From positions 192,001-256,000 of the forward strand of contig CAVOUE010000006.1 in the NCBI GenBank assembly GCA_963699545.1: 64,000 nt of DNA, read 5' to 3'. Each line of letters opens with the position of its first letter. Within the stretch, counting starts at the first letter, position 1. This document shows, one piece after another, positions 33,057 to 44,950 of this stretch. Below the pieces are notes generated by a model. That model worked only from the letters and a program-made list of their open reading frames with translations. It searched no databases and was not told the origin of the DNA. The position numbers and the translations under genes are program-made. This stretch comes from Nitrospirota bacterium. GTDB taxonomy: Bacteria > Nitrospirota > Thermodesulfovibrionia > Thermodesulfovibrionales > UBA9159.

Positions 33057-34124
33057 TCAGACAGCATGATAAAAGGCGTCCCTCTCCACCGGAACCTTCC
33101 CGGCCTTCTCTATGAGGGTGACGAGCTCTTTCTTCGTCAACCCCTCGCTGCTCATGGCTCCCGCGGAATGGGTGATCTTCTCCTCAACAATCGTCCCGTC
33201 CAGATCGTCCGCTCCAAAGAGGAGTGATACCTGGGCGATCTTCTCCCCGAGCATGATCCAGTATGCCTTTATGTGGGGAAGGTTATCCAGCAAGAGCCTG
33301 CTTACAGCGATGGTCTTGAGATCATCGATGCCCGAGGTGTAAAAACCGCCGATGTCGGTGTTCCTCGGGTGGTATGCAAGAGGGATGAATGCCTGGAACC
33401 CTCGTGTGGTGTCCTGCAACTGCCGGAGCTTCAGGAGATGGTCGACCCTGTCTTCAAAGGATTCCAGGTGGCCGTAAAGCATGGTCGCATTGGTCGGTAT
33501 TCCGCAGAGGTGGGCCGTTCTATGGATCTCAAGCCACCGTTCCCCCGATATCTTTTCAGGGCAGAGTTTCGTCCTCACCCTTTCCGCAAAGATCTCGGCT
33601 CCCCCTCCGGGCATCGCCTGAAGGCCGCTCCTTTTCAGCCTGTCGAGCACTTCTCTCACCGTCAGCCCGCTGATCCTTGAGAAATGGTCTATTTCCACTG
33701 CAGTGAACGCCTTTATGGCAATGGAGGGGAACGCCTTCTTGATTTTAGAGAGCATCGTGCAATAGTGCGCAAAGGACCATTCAGGATGGAGTCCGCCGAC
33801 GATGTGGACCTCTCTAAAAGCGGTTCGGGATCCGGAGTCCGGAGTGCGGAGTTTTTCGATGATCTCATCAATAGTGAATTCAAAGGCACCAGCCTCTCCC
33901 TTTGACCGGCTGAAGGCACAGAACCTGCACCGGTTCACGCAGATATTCGTGGGGTTGACGTGCCGGTTTACAATGAAAAAGGCTTTCTTCCCGTTCTTCT
34001 TCTCCGCAACACGGGCCGCAAGTCGGCCCAGGGTAAAGATATCGTCGCTGTAAAACATTGCCAGGGCGTCTTCGCCGGTGATCCGCTTCCCTGAAAGGAC
34101 CTTGTCAGTGACCGCTTTGAGCAT
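33057..34124 (-). CDS. mqnE: aminofutalosine synthase (CofH/MqnE radical SAM)
   Basis: NPTNICVNRCRFCAF, EVHIVGGLHP, MPGGGAEIF, NATMLYGH, HIKAYWIM. Confidence 0.88.
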   Translation of the reverse strand: MLKAVTDKVLSGKRITGEDALAMFYSDDIFTLGRLAARVAEKKNGKKAFFIVNRHVNPTNICVNRCRFCAFSRSKGEAGAFEFTIDEIIEKLRTPDSGSRTAFREVHIVGGLHPEWSFAHYCTMLSKIKKAFPSIAIKAFTAVEIDHFSRISGLTVREVLDRLKRSGLQAMPGGGAEIFAERVRTKLCPEKISGERWLEIHRTAHLCGIPTNATMLYGHLESFEDRVDHLLKLRQLQDTTRGFQAFIPLAYHPRNTDIGGFYTSGIDDLKTIAVSRLLLDNLPHIKAYWIMLGEKIAQVSLLFGADDLDGTIVEEKITHSAGAMSSEGLTKKELVTLIEKAGKVPVERDAFYHAV

Positions 34125-34271
34125 TGATAATTATAGAACAAATTATCCTTCCATTTCTCCCGATGAAGCTGGTTGACAATCTCCGTGATCTTCTCTGCAC
34201 TCATCCGCCGAGGGAAACGGTCTGCGTTGCCCCTGTCCTTCCGAACTGCGCCAAAATGTTAAAATATGAGG

Positions 34272-37034
34272 ATGTCGATCAGGGAACTTATCATTGAAGG
34301 GGCGCGGCAGAACAACCTCAAGAACATCACGCTGACGCTCCCCCATAACAAGGTCATTGCTGTCACCGGGGTGTCGGGTTCGGGGAAGTCATCCCTTGCC
34401 TTCGATACCATCTTTGCTGAAGGCCAGTGGAGGTTCATCGAATCCATGTCCACCTATGCGAGACTGTTCCTCGAAAAACTTGACAGGCCCGACGTGGATG
34501 CCATCCACAACATACGGCCTGCGGTAGCCCTCGAACAGAAAAACCCGGTGCGCGGTTCCCGTTCCACAGTGGGGACGCTCACCGAGATGTACGACTATTT
34601 CAGGCTCTTATTTTCAAAGGTCTCAACGCCCTACTGCCCGCAGTGCGGCAAGGAGATCAGGAAATGGGACACCTCGCAGATTGTCCGACTTCTGACGGAA
34701 GAGCATGGGGAGAAAAGGCCCTTATCTTTTCAGACCGGACGAACCTCTCGAGCGAACTGAAGAAAAGGGGATATCACCGGGTTCTGGCTCAAGGATGAGA
34801 TAGTGGACATGGATGAGGGAAGGAGTTCAGTGCGGGTCCACCGCTCGATGTCGTTCTGGACAGGCTCGTGATAAGGGATGAGCCGAGGCTCTCGGATTCC
34901 ATTGAGATGGCCTGGAGAGAGGGAGAGGGAGAATTGAGGGTCGTCCTGCAGGATCAGCGACAGTCGGATAGCTAAGGCAGATCCTTACCAATTTTCTGTT
35001 TGCGAACGCATGTGACGAGTGCGGGACAGAGCTGCCCTGAGCCTTCGGCCCTGCTTTTTTCTTTTAACCACCCTGTCGGCGCTTGTCCAGAAGTGCAAGG
35101 GGTTCGGAAATACCTTGCTCTACGACGAAGACCTCATCGTCCCGGACACGGATCTCTCCCTCTCAGAAGGGGCCGTTGACCCCTGGGAAAAGCCTGCTGC
35201 AAAATGGTGGAAACAGCAGTTCCTGGCAGGCGCAAAAAAGGCAGGCATCGATGTAAAAAAACCTTTTCTGGAACTTTCCCGGAGGAGAAAAGGAGAAGGT
35301 ATTCAAGGGGATCCGAATTTTTACGGCATCGACGACTTTTTTGAGGACATGGAGGGGCGAAGGATACAAACTGCACGTCAGGGTGTTCCTGAGCAGATAC
35401 AGGAGGGGCGTCACCTGTCCTGTATGTCAGGGGAAGAGGCTCCAGCAGGAAGCACTGTCCTACAAGGTCTCCGGACTGGACATCGCTGAACTCAGCCGGA
35501 TGTCCCGGTCGAGAGTTCACGTTCTTTCGGGATATTGACTTGTCTCCTTTCAAGAGGGATCTGCAAAGAAGCTCATCCGGCAGATAATCATGAAGCTCCG
35601 GTTTCTCGAAAAAGTCGGACTCGAATACCTGACTCTCGACCGGCAGGGCAAGACCCTTTCCGGTGGTGAATACCAGAGGATAAACCTCTCGAACCAGCTC
35701 GCCTCATTATTGACCGGGACGCTCTATGTGCTGGATGAGCCCACGGTCGGACTTCATGCGAGGGACACGGAGAGGATCGCAAGGATAATGACGTCAGCTG
35801 GCGGAACTCGGGAATACCGTTATCGTTGTTGAACATGACAGGGGGATCATCGAGGCTGCTGAGTGGATCGTCGAACTTGGCCCGGGCGGAGGACAGAAGG
35901 GTGGCGAAGTTGTTTTTGCAGGGACCAGGTGAGGGATTTTCTGAAGGCTGATTGTCTCACCTCGCGGTACATGAGAGGGATGAAGAAAGTCGGACAGCTG
36001 CCAGGACGAAGAAGAGAGAGATTTCCGGCGGATGCTTATGCTCTTAGGCGCAGGAGGGAATAACCTCAAGGAAGTCGACTTCAGGATCCCGTTGAGAGAC
36101 TTAATCGCTGTCACCGGCGTGTCAGGCTCAGGCAAGAGCAGTCTCGTTGTCGAGACGCTTTACAGGGCCCTGGCCAAGAAGTTCAGGATCAGAAAGATGA
36201 CCGCCCTTGCCGTACGGGAAACTCGAGGGTGATGAGTTACCTCAAGGGCGTTAAATTATTGACCAGATCCCCGATAGGCAGGAGTCCCCGCTCCAACCCT
36301 GTCACTTACCTGAAGATCTTCGACCATATTAGGAAACTCTTTTCCGAGCAGAGAGAGGCAAAGACCTACGGTTATGGCCCGGGATTCTTCTCCTTTAATG
36401 TCCGGGCGGAAGATGCGAGACGTGCAAGGGCGAAGGCTACGAATTAATGGAGATGTATTTCTTCGAAGACCTTTATATACAAATGCGAGAAATGCGACGG
36501 GAAGAGATACAGGCCAGAGGCCCTGAGGGTCAAATACAGAGACAAGAATATAAGCGATGTCCTGAAGCTGACCGTCGATGAGGCTATAGAGATATTTTCC
36601 GACGTCCCTTCCATAGTGAGCAGGTTCTCCCTCAGATGAAGATGACGTGGGACTGGGGTATCTCAGGCTGGGGCAGTCCGCCACCACCCTTTCAGGAGGT
36701 GAAGCCCAGAGACTGAAGATATGCTCCGAGTTGTCCATCGGAAGCAAAGGCGACTTCCTCTACATCCTTGACGAGCCCACCGTCGGCCTCCATTTCAATG
36801 ACGTAAAATTGCTCATCGATGTACTGCGAAGGCTTGTGAGCGGAGGGAACACCGTCGTGGTGATCGAGCATAACCTTGATGTCATAGCCGCCTCAGACTG
36901 GATCGTTGACCTCGGGGCCCGAGGGCGGCGACCAGGGCGGCAGAATCATATTTGAGGGGACGCCGGAAGACATCGTAAAGGTCAGCGAATCGTATACAGG
37001 GAAGTATCTGAAAGGTGTTCTGAGCGGTCAATAA
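34272..37034 (+). CDS. uvrA: excinuclease ABC subunit A (many frameshifts)
   Basis: [10 protein letters not shown], two [11 protein letters not shown], two [14 protein letters not shown], Zn fingers. Confidence 0.9.
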
Positions 37035-37243
37035 CAGTCTTCGGCAGTGAGGACAGACGTTGAAGTCACGGGGCCGATAGGAGCGCTCTTTTCCTAAGTT
37101 TTACCCCGAAATTACCCAAGCCTAAGATTACAAGCCTCCACCACAGCTTGACAGCTTCATTTTTTGTGATAAAAGGAAATTAGCGGACAATCGGGATTGC
37201 AGTGCATATTCTGATGGCTTTGCCATCAAAAATTGAAGGAGGG

Positions 37244-38475
37244 ATGAACATGCAAGCAAAAGCTGCTGGAAAAGTTCTCGTGATAGTTATCGCCCTGATT
37301 TCCCTGGGCTCAATGTTCGCATGTGCGGGCAAGGAGTTTGCGCCCAAGGATCCTTACCCGTATTGGTATTATCCCAAGGAATTACCGGAAGCGGACCGTG
37401 CCATAGAAGCGGCGCGTCAGAAGGGCAAGGACAAGGAATGTCCGGAAGAATTTGCGGAGGCTAGGGCCAAGGTCGACAGGGCTTATCAGGAATACATGGC
37501 GTGCAAGACCCCAGGGCCGATCCCGATAAACATTGTTTGCCCCCCTCCAACGTGCGAGTTAAAAACAGACAAGGGAAAGATTGACCTCGGGGAATCCGCA
37601 ACCCTTTCGTTGACGACATCAGGGTATGTCACCTCTGCCGTGTTGGACGGAACCGCGGTGGCACCAACCGGGGGAACGAAGAGAGTAACCCCCACTTCAA
37701 CAACAACGTACACTGCAACGATCGTCGGTCCCTCGGCTCAACACCGTGCAGCGTCTCTGTACAGGTTATTCCTCCACCGCCTCCGACATGCGAGCTGAAA
37801 GCGGATAAAGGGAAGATTGATCTAGGGGAATCCGTAACCCTCTCATTGACAACATCCGGCAAGGTCACCTCTGCGGTGCTGGACGGAACAGAGGTGCCAC
37901 CAACGGGCGGAACGAAAAAGATAGAGCCCGCCTCAGCGGCAAAGTTCACCGCACAGGTTGTCGGTCCCGGGGGCTCAAACACGTGCAGTGTCCCTGTTTC
38001 GATCCGTTTAATTCTCTATGTTCATTTTCCTTTTGATAGGCCTAAAGCAGGCGAAGATGCCAAATGGTTTAGGAACCCCGACGCCGACAATCCCGAAGAT
38101 TTGAAGGACCCGGCGAACAAGGGAAAAGCGAAGACCCAGTTCATGAACGCACAGCTGAAAGACAACCCGGCCGAGTTGAAGAAAGCCGTTGATTTTGTGA
38201 AGAAGAACACGAGTTCCTATATCACGGTCACCGGACATACCGACTCGAAGGGAACCGAACAGTACAATCGGTCGCTTTCAGAGAGAAGGGCGAATGCGGT
38301 CAAGGAATACCTGATTGAACAGCAGGCGATTGACCGGAAGCAGATCACCGCAAAAGGCCTTGGCGAGAAGAATCCTATTGCCAAAGAGAAGACACCGGAT
38401 GGCCAGGATGATCCGGGAGGCAGAGCCAAGAATAGGAGAGTTGAAATCATTTCTGAAGCCATCTCTCCCAGATAA
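37244..38475 (+). CDS. OmpA-family lipoprotein with two internal ~75-aa repeats (frameshift near 37735)
   Basis: Lipobox MFAC; repeat PPTCELK.DKGKIDLGES.TLSLTTSG; GHTDSKG, YNRSLSERRA, NRRVEI. Confidence 0.85.
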
Positions 38476-38482
38476 AGCGCAG

Positions 38483-38525
38483 CGTAGAGTGGCCCGCAGG
38501 CTGAGCGCCTGCGGGCCACTCTACG
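38483..38525. terminator. 19-bp perfect hairpin between convergent genes
   Basis: CGTAGAGTGGCCCGCAGGC-tgagc-GCCTGCGGGCCACTCTACG. Confidence 0.7.
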
Positions 38526-38617
38526 TCAAGGCGTGCGGATTTTGGGTACTATCGTTCAGCGTAGATCGCAACCATATGGCTTTCGAAAAGCGGACCGTGC
38601 AGCGGCCGAAATCCCTT

Positions 38618-39028
38618 TCAAAACTCCTTAAACACCTTTGCAAGAGAATCCCCTGCCACGTGCATCCTGAACTCATTGAAATATCCGAAGGGGGTGAGCA
38701 TGACCTGATACCCGGTCCTCCTGAGTCTTTCAACGACCTCATCCAGGAGCCTCCGCGCAAATTCAGGAGAGGACTTGCTGGAGGAGAGGTGGTTGAAGGA
38801 ATGGAGCACCACATCCTTTGTTTCGAACTTTCCCGCGATCCACTTCGTGTTCTTGACGAACTTCTGGAGGACGCTCTCCCTCTTCGCCTCGTCCTCAGCC
38901 TCCGAATGGAAGAAGATCACCACCGCGTTTTTCACGGACTCCTCTTTCTCCACGTCAGGGACATCCTCCAGGCTCTTTGAAGCGGTTTTGTACGACCACT
39001 CATGCACATAGAACATCAGGAGTTTCAT
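38618..39028 (-). CDS. stand-alone archaeal-type threonyl-tRNA synthetase editing-domain protein
   Basis: [39 protein letters not shown]. Confidence 0.8.
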   Translation of the reverse strand: MKLLMFYVHEWSYKTASKSLEDVPDVEKEESVKNAVVIFFHSEAEDEAKRESVLQKFVKNTKWIAGKFETKDVVLHSFNHLSSSKSSPEFARRLLDEVVERLRRTGYQVMLTPFGYFNEFRMHVAGDSLAKVFKEF

Positions 39029-39158
39029 AGCAGATTCTCTCCTAAAACACACCTTTCCGTCAAGTGTGATTCATCCGCTTATAGACGGTCCCGACTATCC
39101 GCAGATTTTGCTGAGGCTTCTCTTCGCACTTCGGAAGCCGTTCTTGTATAATAGCACC

Positions 39159-40136
39159 ATGCTCTCGTACATCGGAAAACGGCTCCTCATGATGATCCCT
39201 CTTATCTTCGGCATCACCCTGATCACCTTTGCTGTGGTGCACCTCGCCCCCGGAGGCCCTGTTGAGGTCGAGACCGAGATGCAGATCAAGGCCTCTGCCC
39301 AGGCAAGGGAAAATCTGAAGAAACTCTATGGACTGGACAAGCCCTTGCACGTCCAGTACGCGGACTGGCTCAAGAGGTTTGCAAAACTGGACTTCGGCAA
39401 ATCCTTTGTGGACGGAAGGGAGGTCATAAAGAAGATCGGCGAGCGCATCCCGGTGACGCTCACCATAAACATCCTGTCTCTCCTGCTGATACTGGTCACG
39501 GCCATCCCTATCGGGATACTTTCGGCCACGAAGAGGTATTCTCTCTTCGACAAGCTCTCTACGATCTTTGTTTTCATGGGTTTCTCCACTCCGACGTTCT
39601 GGCTTGCGCTCCTCCTCATGATCCTCTTCGGGGTGAACCTGGGGATTCTTCCCATTTCAGGCATCCAGAGCATTGATGTATCGGAGATGGGCCCTCTGGA
39701 CAGGCTGGTTGACTGGGCAAGGCACCTCATCCTTCCCGTGGGTATTTCGGCCTTCGGCGGCATCGCCGGCCTGAGCAGGTACAGCAGGTCCAGTATGCTG
39801 GAGGTGATACGGCAGGACTATATCAGGACAGCCAGGGCAAAGGGACTTGATGAATCGGATGTAATACTGAAGCACGCCTTCAGGAATGCGCTGATGCCGG
39901 TGGTGACGATACTCGGCCTTTCTGTTCCGGGGCTCATAGGCGGAGGCGTCATATTCGAGACCATCTTCGCCATACCGGGGATGGGGCAGTTGTTCTATTC
40001 CTCGGCAATGTCCAGGGACTATCCCACGATCATGGGCATCCTCGTCATAGGAGCGATCCTCACCCTCATCGGCAATCTCCTGGCGGACATTTCGTACGCC
40101 TTTGTGGACCCGAGGATACGAAGGGCCGGCAGATGA
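39159..40136 (+). CDS. oligopeptide/dipeptide ABC permease (OppB/DppB)
   Basis: [29 protein letters not shown]. Confidence 0.92.
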   Translation: MLSYIGKRLLMMIPLIFGITLITFAVVHLAPGGPVEVETEMQIKASAQARENLKKLYGLDKPLHVQYADWLKRFAKLDFGKSFVDGREVIKKIGERIPVTLTINILSLLLILVTAIPIGILSATKRYSLFDKLSTIFVFMGFSTPTFWLALLLMILFGVNLGILPISGIQSIDVSEMGPLDRLVDWARHLILPVGISAFGGIAGLSRYSRSSMLEVIRQDYIRTARAKGLDESDVILKHAFRNALMPVVTILGLSVPGLIGGGVIFETIFAIPGMGQLFYSSAMSRDYPTIMGILVIGAILTLIGNLLADISYAFVDPRIRRAGR

Positions 40137-41047
40137 ACATATCTTCCATTGTCTTCAGGAGGTTTTCACGGAACAGGCTGTCCCTGACGGCCCTGTTCGC
40201 GGTGTTCGCCATTATCGTCATGGCCCTGCTTGCAGGTATCGTCTCTCCACGGAACCCCATGGCCATCGACGTGCATAACGTTCTCTCTCCGCCGTCACCG
40301 TCCCATCCTTTCGGCACAGATGAACTTGGGAGGGACGTGCTTTCAAGGATGATCTGGGGCAGCAGGGTCTCTCTGAAGGTAGGGTTCATCGCTGTCGGCC
40401 TCGCCATCCTGATGGGAACGCTCGTCGGGGCTGTCGCCGGTTTTTACGGCGGAAAGGTCGATGCCCTCCTCATGCGATTCGTGGATATCATGCTCGCGTT
40501 CCCCACGTTCTTTCTCATCCTTGCAGTGATCGCCATACTGGAGCCAAGCATCTATACCATCATGGCAGTCATAGGATTTACCGGGTGGATGGATGTGGCA
40601 AGACTGGTGCGGGCAGAGTTCCTGACGTTAAGGGAGCGGGATTTTGTCGTGGCTGCGAAGGCCATGGGTGCGGGAAATCTGAGGATGATGTTCAAGCATA
40701 TCCTGCCCAATGCCATGGCTCCGGTCTTTGTTGCTGCCACCTTCGGGGTTGCGGGCGCCATACTCACCGAATCAGGACTCTCCTTCCTCGGCCTCGGGGT
40801 TCAGCCGCCCAACCCCAGCTGGGGCAATATCCTTACAGCGGGCAAAGACAATATCGAGGTTGCATGGTGGCTCTCCCTTTTCCCCGGCCTCGCCATCCTT
40901 GTCACGGTCCTCAGCTACAACCTCGTGGGTGAAGGTCTCAGGGATGCCCTGGATCCGAGATTGTGGGAGCATGAACGTTCCGGCGTCCCCGACAGGGAGA
41001 AAACCCCGGGAGGCGGTACCGGTGCTGAACAGAGGACGGGAAGGTGA
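40133..41047 (+). CDS. oligopeptide/dipeptide ABC permease (OppC/DppC)
   Basis: [27 protein letters not shown]. Confidence 0.92.
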   Translation: MNISSIVFRRFSRNRLSLTALFAVFAIIVMALLAGIVSPRNPMAIDVHNVLSPPSPSHPFGTDELGRDVLSRMIWGSRVSLKVGFIAVGLAILMGTLVGAVAGFYGGKVDALLMRFVDIMLAFPTFFLILAVIAILEPSIYTIMAVIGFTGWMDVARLVRAEFLTLRERDFVVAAKAMGAGNLRMMFKHILPNAMAPVFVAATFGVAGAILTESGLSFLGLGVQPPNPSWGNILTAGKDNIEVAWWLSLFPGLAILVTVLSYNLVGEGLRDALDPRLWEHERSGVPDREKTPGGGTGAEQRTGR

Positions 41048-41050
41048 ACT

Positions 41051-43855
41051 TTGACGATGATGCGGGACAAGGAACTGAGGGATGCTGCATCGTTCACTCC
41101 CGACCCGGAAAGAGCCTATAACAATCTCCGGTCCTTCCTCGATAGTAACCCCGAGCGCACGGAAGAGCTCGAAGCAAACATCAGGCCGGTCTCTCTCCTT
41201 TTCAGCACCAGCCAGTTTCTGTCGAACTTCGCCTCGTCCAATCCCGACGTTCTCTTTGAAAGCCTGAAGAGGCTCCATGACCCTGTCCTGAAAGAGGCGC
41301 TGGCGGCATCGCTGGATGAGATGATGCGCAGCGTGTCAAAGCCCCCGCCGGAAACTCTCCAGAGCATCGTGCGCACTTTCAAAAAGAGAGTCCTCCTCCT
41401 GATCACCCTGAGGGATATCCTCAATATCACGGACATTGCAGATGCCATGTCCGAGCTGAGCCTCCTGGCCGACGTCATTGTGGAAAAATCGGTACGTATC
41501 CTGGGGGGTCAGCTGCGAGAGACAAATGGTGAGCCGAAGGAAGATGCGTTCTCGGTGATATCAGTAGGCAAGCTCGGCGGGAACGAACTGAACTTCAGCT
41601 CCGATATAGACCTCCTCTACGTCTACGGAACAGAACAGGGCGAGACCGGCGGCATTCTTACCCCCGGCGGCATTCTCAAGAACAGGATCAGCAACCATGA
41701 ATACTACTGCAAGCTGGGAGAACAGCTGAGCAGATTCCTTTCGATGAGCACTGAAGACGGCTTTGCGTACAGGGTCGACCTGAGACTCAGGCCGGAAGGA
41801 CAGAGGGGAAGCCTCGCACAGTCCCTCTCCGCCTATGAAATATACTACGAATCATGGGGCATGGCCTGGGAACGGGCGGTACTCCTGAGGGCGAGGCCCA
41901 TTGCAGGGGACAGGGAACTGGGCAAGGCCTTCACCGGGATGATAAGGCCCTTCATCTACAGGAAATATCTCGATTTCAGCGCCATCGAGGAGATACGGCG
42001 AATGAAGACGAAGATCGATGCCGCTTTCAAGAAAGACGATATCAAGCGGGGCTATGGCGGCATCCGTGAAATAGAATTCTTTGTGCAGGCCCTTCAGCTC
42101 ATCTACGGTGGGAAAGAACCACTGCTCCGGGAAAGGGGAATCCTGATGGGTCTTCACCGGCTTCTCCAGAAAAACCTCATCGGACATGAAGACTATTCCC
42201 TCCTGAACGACAACTACCTGTTCCTGAGAAAGCTTGAGCACAGACTGCAGCAGCTGAACGACCTCCAGACCCACTCGATCCCTGTTGACAGGAACGAACT
42301 CACCGCCCTCGGCAGGAAAATGGGGCATCCCGACGCCACGTCGTTCCTCAAGGAACTTGAAGGCAGGAGAAAGACGGTAAGGAACATCTACGATTCCCTT
42401 TTCATGGGAGGGGAGAAGAAGACGCCCGTGGAGACCTCGCTCTTTCTCAGTGAGGACCTGTCTCCGAGTGAACTCAGGGAAGTCCTGGCAGCATATCCCC
42501 TCAGGGATCCGGAAAAAGCGGTGAGGAACATCATCCACATACGGGATGCGATCTTCGGGTTCCAGACCCTTCGCGGCAGAAGGCTCCTGAGCGAGATCCT
42601 CCCCGCCTTTCTCCATGAGGCCCTGAGAACGAAGAATCCCGATACCGCCGTTCATAACCTCCAGTCTTTCGCGGCCCTCCTTGCATCCGAGGAATCATAT
42701 CTCGAATTGTTCAGAAAGAATGAACGCCTGATCCCCATCCTCACGGGGATCCTGTCCCGGAGCGAATACCTGCTGAAGAATGTCATGAAGAGGCCGGAGT
42801 ACCTTGAACTCATCGGGCACGAACTGTTCTTCAAAAAAACCCTGGCATCCCTCAAACGGGAACTCAGGGAGAGCATTGCATCGGGAACGCAGCTTTCTGA
42901 CGCTATCAGGATGCTGCGCCAGTCAGAGGAGATACGACTCGGGACCCTGTTCCTGGAGAAGAAGATCGACGCCGTAGGGCTCGTGAAAGGCTTGAGCAAG
43001 GCTGCAGAGGCGGTGGTCTCGGTCTGCACTGATGAACTGGTAAAGGACGGGTTCGCTGCCATCGGTATGGGGAAAGCAGGAGGCAGGGAGATCACCTTTG
43101 ATTCAGACCTTGACCTGATCTTCGCGTGCAGCAGGGATATAACCGACACCCATGTGAAGGCGGCGCAGCGCCTTATCCGCCTGCTGACATCATATACAAA
43201 GGACGGCATCGCGTACAGGGTGGATGTGAGGCTGCGTCCTGAGGGCACAAAGGGACCTCTCGTCACGACCCTGGATGCGCTGGCCGGCTATTATGCCGGA
43301 GGCGCCCGCTTCTGGGAGTTTCAGGCCCTCCTGAAGGCACGGCCTTTAGGAGGCGACACGCTGACGGGCTGCTGCTTCATGGAGATGAGAGAAAAGACCC
43401 TCACAGAAAAAGGGAAGGAAGTATCTGCAGCTGACATCAGGGCGATGAGGGAAAGGATCCTGAGGGAGCTCTCGAAGGAACGGGAGGGGTATGACATAAA
43501 ACTCGGTCCCGGAGGGATAGAAGAACTGGAATTCACGGTCCAATTCCTCCAGCTGATACATTGCGACCGGCGCAGGAAGCTTACGGTCCAGGGAACCCTT
43601 GATGCCGTGGAACGCCTACGTGCAGCGGACGTGATAGCGGAGGGAGAAGCGGACCTCCTGCGTGATGCGTATCTTTTTTACAGAACCCTGGAGAGCTTCC
43701 TGAGATTGCAGGGAGAACCGGTTCTCAGGAAGACGGGGGTGACCGCGGCCGACCCGGCAGAGTTCATGGGCTTCAGCAGCGTCGGTGAACTTTCGGAACA
43801 GATAGAGCAGAGACGAAGATCGGTGAGCGAGCTCTTCGGGAAATATCTGCACTGA
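41051..43855 (+). CDS. glnE: glutamine synthetase adenylyltransferase
   Basis: Two NTase domains: GKLGGNELNFSSDIDL / GKAGGREITFDSDLDL, VDLRLRPEG, GGIREIEF. Confidence 0.92.
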   Translation: MTMMRDKELRDAASFTPDPERAYNNLRSFLDSNPERTEELEANIRPVSLLFSTSQFLSNFASSNPDVLFESLKRLHDPVLKEALAASLDEMMRSVSKPPPETLQSIVRTFKKRVLLLITLRDILNITDIADAMSELSLLADVIVEKSVRILGGQLRETNGEPKEDAFSVISVGKLGGNELNFSSDIDLLYVYGTEQGETGGILTPGGILKNRISNHEYYCKLGEQLSRFLSMSTEDGFAYRVDLRLRPEGQRGSLAQSLSAYEIYYESWGMAWERAVLLRARPIAGDRELGKAFTGMIRPFIYRKYLDFSAIEEIRRMKTKIDAAFKKDDIKRGYGGIREIEFFVQALQLIYGGKEPLLRERGILMGLHRLLQKNLIGHEDYSLLNDNYLFLRKLEHRLQQLNDLQTHSIPVDRNELTALGRKMGHPDATSFLKELEGRRKTVRNIYDSLFMGGEKKTPVETSLFLSEDLSPSELREVLAAYPLRDPEKAVRNIIHIRDAIFGFQTLRGRRLLSEILPAFLHEALRTKNPDTAVHNLQSFAALLASEESYLELFRKNERLIPILTGILSRSEYLLKNVMKRPEYLELIGHELFFKKTLASLKRELRESIASGTQLSDAIRMLRQSEEIRLGTLFLEKKIDAVGLVKGLSKAAEAVVSVCTDELVKDGFAAIGMGKAGGREITFDSDLDLIFACSRDITDTHVKAAQRLIRLLTSYTKDGIAYRVDVRLRPEGTKGPLVTTLDALAGYYAGGARFWEFQALLKARPLGGDTLTGCCFMEMREKTLTEKGKEVSAADIRAMRERILRELSKEREGYDIKLGPGGIEELEFTVQFLQLIHCDRRRKLTVQGTLDAVERLRAADVIAEGEADLLRDAYLFYRTLESFLRLQGEPVLRKTGVTAADPAEFMGFSSVGELSEQIEQRRRSVSELFGKYLH

Positions 43856-43919
43856 GGTCGTTATCGGTGAAGATATGATATAATTGAGAAAACTTCGATG
43901 TGCACGATAAGGATAAAAC

Positions 43920-44762
43920 ATGCTGAAACTCCGTGATGGAATTGTAGAGTTGTACAAGAAAGTTGCCACATCCATCCCTCCTGATGTGGAAGAAGCCATA
44001 AAAAAGGCTCTTCCCTCTGAAAGAAAACCCGGGGCGAAGGAGTCCCTGTCAAAGATCGCGCTCACCATTCAGAAATCAAGACAGACCCCGAGGCCTGCGT
44101 GCATCGACACCGGTATCCCCATCTTCAGAGTAAAGGTTCCACGGGGCTTAAGCCACACCGAGCTGACAAACACCATAAGGGAGGCCACTGCCGTCGCAAC
44201 ACGGAAGATACCCCTCGCCCTCAGCGCCGTGGACATACTCACCGGCGAGAATTCCGGCGACAACACCGGTTTCGGCTTCCCCGTCATCTATTTTTCGGAG
44301 GCGCCCGATGATACCCTCACTGTGGACCTCATGCTCAGGGCCGGTGAATGTGAGAACTATGGCCGGACCTACAGCCTGCCTGCGGAGGGACTCAGTGCCG
44401 GGCGGGACCTCGACGGGGTGAGGAAATGCGTGCTTAACTGCGTGAAGGAGGCAGGGGGGAAAGGGTGCCCGCCTTATACCGTAGGGGTAGGGATCGGTGG
44501 AACCCGGGACCAGGTCGCTGTCCTTGCGGCCCACCAGCTGTTCAGAAAGCTCTCGGATGAGAGCGAATTTCCTCTGATCAAAGAGCTCGAGCAGAGACTC
44601 CTCAGGGAGCTCAATGAACTGGGTATAGGTCCCATGGGAAACGGCGGGAACACCACGGCCATAGGAGTGAAGATAGGCTTCAACCACAGGCATCCCGAAG
44701 CGTACCTCGCGGAGGTGGTCCTGTCCTGCTGGGCAAACAGAAGGGGCCGCCTCATCTGGTGA
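43920..44762 (+). CDS. class I fumarate/tartrate hydratase alpha subunit-like
   Basis: PACIDTG, GKGCPP, LGIGPMG.GG.TT, HRHP, SCWANRRG. Confidence 0.8.
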   Translation: MLKLRDGIVELYKKVATSIPPDVEEAIKKALPSERKPGAKESLSKIALTIQKSRQTPRPACIDTGIPIFRVKVPRGLSHTELTNTIREATAVATRKIPLALSAVDILTGENSGDNTGFGFPVIYFSEAPDDTLTVDLMLRAGECENYGRTYSLPAEGLSAGRDLDGVRKCVLNCVKEAGGKGCPPYTVGVGIGGTRDQVAVLAAHQLFRKLSDESEFPLIKELEQRLLRELNELGIGPMGNGGNTTAIGVKIGFNHRHPEAYLAEVVLSCWANRRGRLIW

Positions 44763-44770
44763 GTTGAAGG

Positions 44771-44900
44771 GTCGTTTGTCCTCCTCTTAAATGAAGAGGA
44801 GGTGCAGGAGGGGCTAACTTTTCGCTGGAATTCCATAACTCCCCCTTACCCCCTCTTAGCTTAAGAGGGGGTGCCCCAAATAGTCGGGGCGGGGGCGTTA
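44771..44900. repeat. intergenic palindromic repeats (CCTCTTA...AAGAGG)
   Basis: CCTCCTCTTAAATGAAGAGGAGG and CCCCTCTTAGCTTAAGAGGGG. Confidence 0.55.
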
Positions 44901-44950
44901 CTCCTTCCCGGCTGTTTGACTCGTCCCCTGTCAAGTGATACCCTTTAACT

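Noticed and set aside
34272-37034. uvrA decay
   Set aside because: All domains are present in order; indels are consistent with low-coverage long-read errors, and this cannot be settled without reads
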